Both the position numbers and the translations under genes were made by a program. From contig CAZUCU010000002.1 in the NCBI GenBank assembly GCA_964618845.1, positions 24,433 through 65,000 on the forward strand: 40,568 nt of DNA, written 5' to 3'. The notes beneath the pieces are model-generated. The model saw only the letters and a program-made list of their open reading frames with translations, had not been told where the DNA came from and did no database searches. The number at the start of each line of letters is the position of its first letter. Positions within the stretch are counted from its first letter, which is position 1. Of the stretch, positions 9,980-18,039 are shown piece after piece. This DNA is from an uncultured Candidatus Saccharibacteria bacterium. GTDB taxonomy: Bacteria > Patescibacteriota > Minisyncoccia > Phycocordibacterales > JAACPR01.

Positions 9980-10660
9980 TTATAATGAATAAAGACCCTC
10001 TTTATCATCTCTAATAATTTTTCCATCTTCCATGGTTATCACCCTTTTTTTGAGCTCATCTATAATCCCCTTGTTATGAGTAGTTAATATAATTGTTGTA
10101 CCTAAATCATTTATTTTTTTTAGAATTTGCACAATATCATAAGTATTAATAGGATCTAAATGACCAGTCGGTTCATCTGCTACCAAAACATCTGGTTGGT
10201 TTACAATTGCTCTAGCTATCGCTACTCTTTGTTTTTCTCCTCCCGATAATTCATCTGGAAAATTATTTATTTTGTGTTCCAAACCAACTAACTTAAGAGC
10301 GTGTGGAACATCGGCACCTATTTCTTCATCTGGTCTTCCTGCTACCTCCATTGCAAAAGCAACATTTTCATAGACAGTTTTGTTGGGTATAAGTCTGTGT
10401 TCTTGAAAAATTGCACCTATCTTCCTCCTCAAATTTGTTATCTGATTGTTTTTTAATTTGTGAATATTTTGTGATTCATAATAAACCGAACCACTCGTTG
10501 GAGTTTCTTCTGCCAAAAGCAATTTCAATAGCGTAGTTTTTCCGGCACCAGAATGACCAACAATAGACACAAACTCATTAGGTTCAATTTTAATATCAAT
10601 ATTTTTTAAAGCTACTGTACCATCGCTATAAATTTTTGAAACTTTGTCAAAATAAATCAT
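9980..10660 (-). CDS. ftsE: Cell-division ABC ATPase FtsE
   Basis: Walker A GHSGAGKTTLLK, signature LSGGEKQRVAIARA, Walker B VLVADEPTG. Confidence 0.9.
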   Translation of the reverse strand: MIYFDKVSKIYSDGTVALKNIDIKIEPNEFVSIVGHSGAGKTTLLKLLLAEETPTSGSVYYESQNIHKLKNNQITNLRRKIGAIFQEHRLIPNKTVYENVAFAMEVAGRPDEEIGADVPHALKLVGLEHKINNFPDELSGGEKQRVAIARAIVNQPDVLVADEPTGHLDPINTYDIVQILKKINDLGTTIILTTHNKGIIDELKKRVITMEDGKIIRDDKEGLYSL

Positions 10661-10661
10661 C

Positions 10662-11546
10662 TTAAATATTTTTCATATTATCTATAAATTCTTGAATTTC
10701 TCCATCGAATACTTTCGATACATCTCCAACTTCAAAATTTGTTCTGTGATCTTTAACCATTTTGTAGGGGTCTAAAATATATGATCTGATTTGATTTCCC
10801 CATTTGGCAGAGGTATCTTTTGAAATTGAAAGATCTGCGATTTCCTTTTTTTCTTGTTCTTCCATTAAATTATACAGTTTTGCAGCAATAATTTCCATCG
10901 CTTTTTCCTTATTTTGATTTTGACTTCTTTCATTGGAAACAAAAGCTGAAATACCAGTCGGAACATGAGTAATTCTAACCGCAGTATCTCTTTTGTTTAC
11001 ATTTTGACCCCCGGGACCACCCGATCGTGCAAACCGAATCTCAAAATCTTCTTCTTGAATCTTAAATCCTGAATCATAAATCTTTAACAGAGGCAATACT
11101 TCTACCATAGCAAAGGAAGTTTGTCTTTTGCCTTGAGAATTAAATGGGGATTTCCGGACAAGACGATGAACTCCCGATTCAAATTTCAAATTTCCATAAA
11201 CATTTTTACCATTAATTTCAAAAGTAACATTTTTATATCCACCATTTGAATTTTGATTTTCATCCAAGAAAGAAATCGGCCAATTATTTTTATTACAATA
11301 ATTCATATACATTTCCAAAAGCATTCTTACAAAATCTTCGGCATCATCACCACCAACACCAGAAAAAATTGTCACAATAGCTCCACCCAAGTCATATTTT
11401 GAACCGCCCTCAAGTCCTGCTTTTAGTTCTTGAAGTTTCTTTATTTTTTGTTGAGCCAATTTTTTGTTATTCCAAAAACCAGATTTTAGCATCTCTTTTT
11501 CTAAAATTGATATTTCCAATAAAATTTTCTCTTTATTTATTTTCAT
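10662..11546 (-). CDS. prfB: Peptide chain release factor 2
   Basis: SPF tripeptide (KSPFNSQGKRQTS) and GGQ (SGGPGGQNVNK). The gene is continuous from the ATG at 11546 (MKINKEK), so no programmed +1 frameshift site is needed. Confidence 0.85.
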   Translation of the reverse strand: MKINKEKILLEISILEKEMLKSGFWNNKKLAQQKIKKLQELKAGLEGGSKYDLGGAIVTIFSGVGGDDAEDFVRMLLEMYMNYCNKNNWPISFLDENQNSNGGYKNVTFEINGKNVYGNLKFESGVHRLVRKSPFNSQGKRQTSFAMVEVLPLLKIYDSGFKIQEEDFEIRFARSGGPGGQNVNKRDTAVRITHVPTGISAFVSNERSQNQNKEKAMEIIAAKLYNLMEEQEKKEIADLSISKDTSAKWGNQIRSYILDPYKMVKDHRTNFEVGDVSKVFDGEIQEFIDNMKNI

Positions 11547-12180
11547 TTTCTTTATACGTATATTTATAAAATAGAAACATCCCAAATATTGCAACAATTG
11601 TTCCTATTCCAATAATTAATAAACTATGATAAACAGTTGCATATTTGGTCAATATACCTGGTGACATCATAAAAAGTATTGGTATCAAATCTATTAACAT
11701 ATGAATTGGTAAAAATCTCCAAAAAGAAATTGCAGTCAAACCAGCGGCATAACTTGCTACTTCCGGAACTGCTATCAATGCAAATCTTGCATATAAAAAT
11801 CCTTTTACCGTACCCATTGATTTAACCATTTTATAAATAAGAGGGGTTGTACTTCCTGCAAATTTCTCCATCAAATCCTTTCCAAAAATCCTACTTATAT
11901 AAAAAGTTACAGTTGCACCCAAAATATCACCCATAAGTGCATAAAATAACCCATTCCAAAAACCAAAAATAGGCGTAGCAATAATATATAAAAAAGAACC
12001 AGAAAGTGGTGCCAAAATGACAGTAATAGATTTAAGAAAAATAAACACCAAAGGTGCCCAAATTCCAGCTGATAAAACTGACTTTTGCAAATATTCATTA
12101 TCAATAAAAGAAAAAATGACTGTTAGAAAAACCAAAAATATAACAAGAAAAAGTAATTTAATTGTATTTTTTTTAAACAT
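11533..12180 (-). CDS. DedA / TVP38-TMEM64 family membrane protein
   Basis: LAPLSGSFLYIIATPIFGFWNGLFYALMGDILGATVTFYISRIFG is the family core. The start is placed at ATG 12180 because the upstream part of the listed ORF is the tRNA-Thr gene. Confidence 0.7.
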   Translation of the reverse strand: MFKKNTIKLLFLVIFLVFLTVIFSFIDNEYLQKSVLSAGIWAPLVFIFLKSITVILAPLSGSFLYIIATPIFGFWNGLFYALMGDILGATVTFYISRIFGKDLMEKFAGSTTPLIYKMVKSMGTVKGFLYARFALIAVPEVASYAAGLTAISFWRFLPIHMLIDLIPILFMMSPGILTKYATVYHSLLIIGIGTIVAIFGMFLFYKYTYKENENK

Positions 12181-12182
12181 TG

Positions 12183-12255
12183 AGCCAACAATCGGGATCG
12201 AACCGATGACCTCTCCCTTACCATGGGAGTGCTCTACCAGCTGAGCTATGTTGGC
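12183..12255 (-). tRNA. tRNA-Thr (anticodon GGT)
   Basis: The reverse complement reads GCCAACATAGCTCAGCTGGTAGAGCACTCCCATGGTAAGGGAGAGGTCATCGGTTCGATCCCGATTGTTGGCT. Canonical arms are present, with anticodon loop ATGGTAA. Confidence 0.9.
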
Positions 12256-12294
12256 ATCTTGATAAATATACAACAAAAAGAGAAAAAGATAAAT

Positions 12295-13470
12295 TTATCC
12301 AAACATTATCCACTCAGGTTTAAATATAAGTGAAAATCCTATTATAATCATTACTATACCACCGATAATTTTTGATAATTTAGAGTATTTAGTTGAAAAT
12401 TTTGTTATTTCTAAAGTCTTCATGGCAACAGAAAATACTAAAATATCATCTAACATAAAAAATAATATATATAAAGACATATAAGCGTAATATTGCCAAA
12501 CAGATAAATTATTTAGTGTTAAGACTTGAACATAAATTGCGGGTAAGCCAGCAGAACACAAAAGCTCTATCAAATTCACAGCAAAAGAAACTGCAACGAT
12601 TCCAATCACTGAAAGCCAAAAACTATTTTGATGAACTGCATTTTTTAATTTATCCAATATTTTTTGTTTCTTAACTTCGTCTCCAATTTTACAAACAGCA
12701 CCATCTTTGTAGGCACTCCTTAGATTTAAAGATCCACTAATGATGGCTAATAATCCGATACCCCAACGAACATAAATAATGAAGCCCAAAAATAAAATCA
12801 AATTAAGCCACAAAGACATAAACATAAAATAAATTATTCCCGAAGAGACAATAAAAATTAGACCCAAGATCCATCTTTTTCTACGATCAGGTATACTAAT
12901 CAATAAAGTTATAAGAAAAATTAAAACCCACATCGCACATGGATTAAAACCATCAATTAATCCTAAAATCAAAGTCAAAAAAGGCAATGAAATATTTTTA
13001 GCACCAAATTCACCAATTATTGGCACGGAAAATTTTTCATTTTCAGGAATTATTTCTTCTGCTTTTGGGTTTTCGACATTGGAATTTAATCCTAAAACAT
13101 TACCAGCTGTATCCTCACAAATATTTTCTTTACATTCAATTATTTTATTTTCAATTTGGCGATCTGTAACGCCTTCTCCAAAACCAACAAAATATTTATC
13201 ACCAATAATAGTAAGAGGAACGCCATTTACGGAGGCATTTAAAATTTTAGCAACTTCTTGCATTTTTTTAACATTTTCTCTGTTATACCAAACTTCAAAA
13301 TCATAGACTTTTAATTCTGGATATTTAATTTTCATTTCTTCCAAAAAAATTTCCTCTTGAGCACAATGTGGGCAACCATCGCCCCAGAAGAAATACAAAT
13401 TCACTCCTTCTGCTTTAACAAAATTAAAAGAAGATAAAAATAAGATAACAAATAAAAATATTTTTTTCAT
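12295..13470 (-). CDS. Thiol:disulfide oxidoreductase: secreted thioredoxin-fold domain fused to a CcdA/DsbD-like membrane domain
   Basis: Signal peptide, WGDGCPHCAQEE (CxxC), then multiple TMs with DGFNPCAMW and LLCSAGLP cysteine motifs. Confidence 0.7.
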   Translation of the reverse strand: MKKIFLFVILFLSSFNFVKAEGVNLYFFWGDGCPHCAQEEIFLEEMKIKYPELKVYDFEVWYNRENVKKMQEVAKILNASVNGVPLTIIGDKYFVGFGEGVTDRQIENKIIECKENICEDTAGNVLGLNSNVENPKAEEIIPENEKFSVPIIGEFGAKNISLPFLTLILGLIDGFNPCAMWVLIFLITLLISIPDRRKRWILGLIFIVSSGIIYFMFMSLWLNLILFLGFIIYVRWGIGLLAIISGSLNLRSAYKDGAVCKIGDEVKKQKILDKLKNAVHQNSFWLSVIGIVAVSFAVNLIELLCSAGLPAIYVQVLTLNNLSVWQYYAYMSLYILFFMLDDILVFSVAMKTLEITKFSTKYSKLSKIIGGIVMIIIGFSLIFKPEWIMFG

Positions 13471-13533
13471 ATGATTTTTGGCTAATTTAAGTGTCGGTAG
13501 ATTATAACATAAAATAAATGTTAAAATACTATT

Positions 13534-14247
13534 ATGAATTTTAAAAAAACCTTCACTTCCAAACAGTCAATATCAATACTAATTTTTATAATCTTAGTCG
13601 GAATAGTTGGCGTAGTTTATACTCAAAGAGAGGTAAGTAAAATAAATCAAAAAACAATAGAACAAGAGATTGAAATTCAAAAAAATATTGGAAAATTATT
13701 ATTAGAACTTAGAGCAAATCTAAAATCAGATAAACCAAATGATATTAAAATCAGAGATTCTTTTAAAATAATCGGAGATATTAGAACTTTAATTGATAGA
13801 GAATATTTTTCTCTTAAAAAAGAATCTAAAAGGGGTGCAGATTTATTAAAAAATAGACTATCAGAAATAGAAAAAGCAATCTTGGAAGATCCAAACAAAG
13901 CAATCATCCTTATAGACAAACTGATTGATGAATTAGAAAATTCTAATGGATTATCTGATTTTATTGAGAAAAAAGAAGATGGAACAAAAAACAATTTTGA
14001 TGATTCAAATTATGATTTTGGAGACACAATTGAACCAAAAAATAATCTAAATAATGATCGACCAAACGATGAGGGGGTTATAGTAGATGATGGCAATAAC
14101 ACCATACCAGATGATAATCAAGATTTTTTCGATTCCATTTTCAATTATTTAAATTACAAAAAAGGAATAAAGCCCAAAGTAGATAGGGACAATTCTAAAG
14201 AAATAGAAGGACAAACTGTTCCTGTAAGCACAAAAATTGGAAATTAA
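13534..14247 (+). CDS. Hypothetical membrane-anchored protein with coiled-coil and D/N-rich tail
   Basis: N-terminal TM (ISILIFIILVGIVGVVY) and a low-complexity acidic C-terminus. No family was recognised. Confidence 0.5.
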   Translation: MNFKKTFTSKQSISILIFIILVGIVGVVYTQREVSKINQKTIEQEIEIQKNIGKLLLELRANLKSDKPNDIKIRDSFKIIGDIRTLIDREYFSLKKESKRGADLLKNRLSEIEKAILEDPNKAIILIDKLIDELENSNGLSDFIEKKEDGTKNNFDDSNYDFGDTIEPKNNLNNDRPNDEGVIVDDGNNTIPDDNQDFFDSIFNYLNYKKGIKPKVDRDNSKEIEGQTVPVSTKIGN

Positions 14248-15656
14248 TTTTTTTTCTTTTTCATTTCTTTATAATACTGAATCCCAACTTCTTTCAAATT
14301 TTTTTCAGGAACAACGGATGGAGCACTCGTCATAACATCTTCCCCTCTACCATTTTTGGGAAAAGCAATAACTTCTCTGATATTTGGTTCATTTTGAAGA
14401 AGCATAATAAAGCGATCAAAACCCCATGCAATTCCGCCATGTGGTGGAACTCCAAATGAAAAAGCCTTCATCATATGACCAAAATTTGTTTCAATTTGTT
14501 CATCAGAATACCCAAGAATTTGAAAAATCTTGAAAAGCATTTCTGGGCGATGAGTTCGCACACTTCCACCACCTAATTCATAACCATTTAAAATCACATC
14601 ATACTGTGTAGAAACAATATCCAAAAGATTTTTCTCATTCATAAGATCATCGAAGAACTCTAGTTGGCAAGCAGCAAATGGATTATGAGAAAAAGTTAAT
14701 TTACCAGTTTCTTCATCTTTTTCAAAAAAAGGAAAATCAATAACCCAACAAAAGCCAAGCTCATTTGGATCATTTTTGTCTTTTCTTATATCTGGTCTAT
14801 CGCTACCGTATTTTTCCATCGCCTCCTTATAAGTAATTCTTGGAAATGGAATTTGAGTAATTTTTTTCTCAGGATAAAGATTTTGGATAGTTTTAATCAA
14901 AATCCTTTCATTAACTTCCATTACATCTTCACGAGTAACAAAACTCATTTCCATATCCATTTGAACAAACTCCGGCTGTCGATCCCCTCTAAGATCCTCA
15001 TCTCTCATACATCTTGCAAATTGAAAATATCGCTCCATTCCACCCACCATCAAAAGTTGTTTAAATTGCTGTGGAGATTGAGGAAGTGCAAAAAATGAGT
15101 GGGGTTTAATTCTGGATGGAACCAAATAGTCTCGCGCTCCTTCTGGTGTCGAAGCGGCCAAAATTGGAGTATCAATTTCACAAAATCCCTCCTCTATCAT
15201 TGCATTTCGCACAAAAGTCATCACTTCGCTTCTTTTTCTAATATTTTTTTGCATTCTAGGATTTCTCAAATCAAGATATCGGTACTTTAATCTCACATCT
15301 TCATTAATTTCATCTTTACTCATTGGATCAAACGGCAAAACTTCTGCTTTACTCAAAACTTCGATATTATTCAAAAGCATTTCTAATTTGCCATTTAAAT
15401 CGTCAGTATAAGCACTTTCCGGTCTTTCTTGGATCATTCCTGTAATTTTTACAACCCATTCATACTTCACATCGTTGAGTATTTCTTGTTCTTTAATTTT
15501 TGCCGGTAAAACAACCACTTGAAGAAAAGCTGATCTATCTCGAACATCAAAAAAGATGAGTTTCCCGTGGTCTCTTCTATTGCTAATCCAACCATAAATA
15601 GACACCTCTTGGCCTACATGGTCTTTTAAATCTTTTATTAAAATTCTGTCTTTCAT
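14244..15656 (-). CDS. aspS: Aspartyl-tRNA synthetase, bacterial-type core lacking the GAD insertion
   Basis: FFALPQSPQQFKQLLMVGGMERYFQFARCMRDEDLRGDRQPEFVQMDMEMSF is near-identical in pattern to the class IIb AspRS motif 2 region. At 470 aa it is too short to contain the roughly 120-aa GAD domain. Confidence 0.9.
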   Translation of the reverse strand: MKDRILIKDLKDHVGQEVSIYGWISNRRDHGKLIFFDVRDRSAFLQVVVLPAKIKEQEILNDVKYEWVVKITGMIQERPESAYTDDLNGKLEMLLNNIEVLSKAEVLPFDPMSKDEINEDVRLKYRYLDLRNPRMQKNIRKRSEVMTFVRNAMIEEGFCEIDTPILAASTPEGARDYLVPSRIKPHSFFALPQSPQQFKQLLMVGGMERYFQFARCMRDEDLRGDRQPEFVQMDMEMSFVTREDVMEVNERILIKTIQNLYPEKKITQIPFPRITYKEAMEKYGSDRPDIRKDKNDPNELGFCWVIDFPFFEKDEETGKLTFSHNPFAACQLEFFDDLMNEKNLLDIVSTQYDVILNGYELGGGSVRTHRPEMLFKIFQILGYSDEQIETNFGHMMKAFSFGVPPHGGIAWGFDRFIMLLQNEPNIREVIAFPKNGRGEDVMTSAPSVVPEKNLKEVGIQYYKEMKKKKN

Positions 15657-15694
15657 TAAGTAAATGATAACAAAAATAGCAATGCATTGAAATA

Positions 15695-15719
15695 GGGTCC
15701 TGAAAAGAAATCAGGACCC
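15695..15719 (-). terminator. Perfect 9-bp hairpin (GGGTCCTGA-7 nt-TCAGGACCC) after the 36-aa ORF
   Basis: Stem 15695-15703 / 15711-15719. On the minus strand it is followed by a moderately T-rich tail (tatttcaatgcattgctattttt). Confidence 0.6.
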
Positions 15720-15829
15720 TAAAATGCCATAATTATGATGACGACAAGAATTGTTCCTAATGAACCAAAAGCAATCATTACCGCCATCCACCATGGCATA
15801 ACATTGATATCAGTAGAGTCATTTTTCAT
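15719..15829 (-). CDS. 36-aa hydrophobic peptide, hypothetical
   Basis: AGGAGG lies 6 nt before the ATG. Sequence MKNDSTDINVMPWWMAVMIAFGSLGTILVVIIIMAF. The stop codon overlaps the terminator stem. Confidence 0.45.
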   Translation of the reverse strand: MKNDSTDINVMPWWMAVMIAFGSLGTILVVIIIMAF

Positions 15830-15888
15830 AAGAACCTCCTCATTAATAATTTTAACTCATTAATAAATTTTTAAAATATAGTTATTAG

Positions 15889-16602
15889 CTAAAAAAATGC
15901 TTCAGTTATTATTCGCTCATCATTAACACCTAAATTTCTAAGCATTTTCCAAAAATCATTTGTAAAATTTATTGAACCACAAATAAAGATCGGCAAATTA
16001 TTTCCCCTCACAACTTCTTCAACTGATTTTTGGTCAATTCTTTTCCCCCCATTTGCCGTATAAAAAAATTTTGTATCAAGTTTTTTAATTTCTTCAAGAT
16101 AAGGAGTCGAGCTTTCAGTTTTATTGGAAACCAAAACCTTTATTTGTTTCGTATTTCGAATTTCGTGCTTCTGATTTGCTTGCCCCGAGCTTTGTCGAGG
16201 GGTTTTGAATTTCGGATTTCGTGCTTCTGATTTTAAGTATTGTAAATACGCTACTAAAGGAGCTATCCCAACCCCCGCCCCAATAAAAATCAACCCATCT
16301 TTAAATTCTTCAAAATTAAAATACCCCTCAGGTCCTTCCAAAATCATCTCATCGCCAATTTTCATACTGTGAATATGTGAAGAAAAAGGCCCGCGCTTCC
16401 TGATTGCAAATTTTAAAGTTTTTTCGGTCGGAGCGGACACTATCGTATAAGACTTGCCGTGTGCTACCTCTGGACCAACTAAATACAAATTCACATATTG
16501 ACCTACTTTAAAATCAAAATCTTCAGGTTTTTCAAATTCAAACTCCACTACCCCATCGCAGATTTCTTTTTTATTTAAAAGTTTTATTTTTTCTTTTATC
16601 AT
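15889..16602 (-). CDS. Ferredoxin-NADP reductase-like FAD/NAD(P)-binding oxidoreductase
   Basis: FAD-binding beta-barrel region (KSYTIVSAP) and GAGVGIAPL nucleotide-binding loop. ATG at 16602 (MIKEKIKLL) is preferred. The gene contains an in-frame repeat-derived insert. Confidence 0.65.
   Translation of the reverse strand: MIKEKIKLLNKKEICDGVVEFEFEKPEDFDFKVGQYVNLYLVGPEVAHGKSYTIVSAPTEKTLKFAIRKRGPFSSHIHSMKIGDEMILEGPEGYFNFEEFKDGLIFIGAGVGIAPLVAYLQYLKSEARNPKFKTPRQSSGQANQKHEIRNTKQIKVLVSNKTESSTPYLEEIKKLDTKFFYTANGGKRIDQKSVEEVVRGNNLPIFICGSINFTNDFWKMLRNLGVNDERIITEAFF
16142..16234. repeat. Two copies of the GAAAT-rich dispersed repeat inside the FNR-like CDS
   Basis: A 17-nt perfect direct repeat tttcgtgcttctgattt occurs at 16161-16177 and 16217-16233. 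The segment matches the intergenic copies at 23.2-25.6 kb and translates as SEARNPKFK...QKHEIRNTKQ. Confidence 0.8.
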
Positions 16603-16620
16603 AATTTTGAGTGAAGGAAA

Positions 16621-16691
16621 TAGTACTAAATAAATTTTTATGAGGGAAGAGTGCAAAGTGGGTCCCCCCTCTAAAAATTTATTTAGTACTA
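16621..16691. repeat. 20-bp perfect inverted repeat (plus a 5-bp extension) between the NifU-like and FNR-like genes
   Basis: tagtactaaataaattttta 16621-16640 pairs with taaaaatttatttagtacta 16672-16691. The inner gaggg 16642-16646 pairs with ccctc 16667-16671. The right arm covers the last codons and stop of the NifU-like gene. Confidence 0.85.
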
Positions 16692-17152
16692 TTTCCGAAA
16701 CTTCCAAAACGATCTCTATAATCCAAAATAGCAGCTCTCAGTGCCTCTTGGCCGAGGACTGAGCAATGGAATTTGCGATCAGGAAGTCCGCCAAGTCGCT
16801 CGACAATTTCTTGAGGTTTAAGTCGCATCGCTCTATCGAGATTCATCCCACCATTTTCTGTCGCCATTACACTCATCATACTAGTTGATGCAATTGCAGA
16901 CGCGCAACCAAAAGTTCGCCATTTACATTCCTTGATTTTATTTTTCTTTTTATCAACTTTAATCCAAACCGTCATCATGTCTCCACAAGCAGGACTGCCC
17001 ACACTTCCTATCCCATCAGCTTGGTAGTCCTCGTCATCAATTAGGAGATTTTGTGGTTCAAAGAAATGTTTCTTAACAATATCAGTGTAAAGCCAACCTT
17101 CGTCTTGACCACCACAAACTACATCAACCTTTTTAATAGATTTCTTAGACAT
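16679..17152 (-). CDS. NifU/IscU-type Fe-S cluster scaffold
   Basis: The three scaffold cysteine contexts are present: SPACGDMM, RTFGCASAIAS, and FHCSVLG. Confidence 0.85.
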   Translation of the reverse strand: MSKKSIKKVDVVCGGQDEGWLYTDIVKKHFFEPQNLLIDDEDYQADGIGSVGSPACGDMMTVWIKVDKKKNKIKECKWRTFGCASAIASTSMMSVMATENGGMNLDRAMRLKPQEIVERLGGLPDRKFHCSVLGQEALRAAILDYRDRFGSFGNSTK

Positions 17153-17209
17153 GGGTATTTATATTAGCACAAAATACCACATGTGTTTAAATTAAAGTAC
17201 TCAGAAATG

Positions 17210-17647
17210 CTAACGGATTGCTCGAATGAGACTAGTAATAAACATATTGCTTGCACTCACTTGGCTACTATAGGGGTCCCAGTAACAAGCAACAAATCCA
17301 TTGCCTGTGGCTGTATCATCTGAAATAGACCAGTAAGAACTGTGTTGTTCAAATCCTAAAGATACAATCAAATCTTTGACTTTTGTCTCTTTTTGTTCGC
17401 TAGATAAAGTTTGGTCATCCCATATTTCTCTGATAGGTTTTCCAATTTCTTTATATTCTTCTTTGGTAAGAACCCTCCACAGTTTTTCTCCAGGTTGTAA
17501 TGTTTTGTTTAGTTATAATCCTCTAATTCTCCCCCCCCCCCGATGGGTTTGGTCAAATGAAAAATTGACTTTATTGGATATTTTGGAATATAATACGGGT
17601 ACAAATGCCTTAGGCCTGCCCCTTAAATGGGGAGAACAAGAAGTCAT
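17210..17647 (-). pseudogene. Interrupted ORF: 44 codons, an in-frame TAA, then a 100-codon DUF1566/C-type-lectin-like C-terminal domain
   Basis: The ATG (17645-17647) overlaps the TGA of the upstream MazF-like gene (ATGA). The G11 tract is at codons 37-40. TAA lies at 17513-17515. The downstream frame reads GEKLWRVLTKEEY...SYWSISDD...ACYWD...IRAIR, resembling the WRLPT..EL / YWSST / VRCVR pattern of DUF1566. This resemblance is judged from memory. Confidence 0.4.
17531..17541. repeat. Homopolymer tract C11 (G11 on the coding strand)
   Basis: Counted directly: attct + 11 c + gatggg. It is the only long G/C homopolymer noticed in the window. Confidence 0.9.
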
Positions 17648-18039
17648 CTGATCAAATCCCAGATGGCTTTTTTGATTTTTTTTAATTCAAAACTATGCAA
17701 AAAACCGATTTGATTTGTAAATCTTTTAGTATCAATAAGTCTAATCTGAGATAAAATTGCATAAGCTATTTTATTTTCTACTAAACCAACTTCGTAATGA
17801 AATTTATTTTTCTTAATTTTAGAAGTTAGTGGAACAATTAAACAAACACTTTTATTAAAACCTTTGATAACTAAAACAGGTCTATCAAAATTATCATTTG
17901 CTCCATTTTGTTCAAATCCAATATTTTGTCCGATATTACACCACCAAATATCACCAGCATGATATTTTTTGTTTATTCTCTCTATATGAATTTTTTGCTT
18001 AAGTAAGTTCCAAAAAATAAATTTTTTTATAAAATTCAT
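17644..18039 (-). CDS. PemK/MazF-family toxin-like endoribonuclease with a 26-aa N-terminal extension
   Basis: HAGDIWWCNIGQNIGFEQNG...RPVLVIKGF...IVPLTSK...AILSQIRLIDTKRF follows the MazF fold pattern (GDIW..G.E..G.RPvlV...vvPlTs...dQirtid..R). Confidence 0.7.
   Translation of the reverse strand: MNFIKKFIFWNLLKQKIHIERINKKYHAGDIWWCNIGQNIGFEQNGANDNFDRPVLVIKGFNKSVCLIVPLTSKIKKNKFHYEVGLVENKIAYAILSQIRLIDTKRFTNQIGFLHSFELKKIKKAIWDLIR

Noticed and set aside
10662-11597. Alternative genetic code (UGA recoding, as in some CPR lineages) or a programmed +1 frameshift in prfB.
   Set aside because: RF2 (SPF + GGQ) is present and uninterrupted from its ATG. Several well-supported genes end in TGA (the MazF-like gene, the cysteine desulfurase, the lipoprotein). 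No CTT-TGA-C shift site is needed.
17210-17512. Diversity-generating retroelement targeting the lectin-like ORF.
   Set aside because: There is no reverse transcriptase ORF and no template-repeat copy of the 3' region anywhere in the 40 kb. Only the fold family is suggestive.
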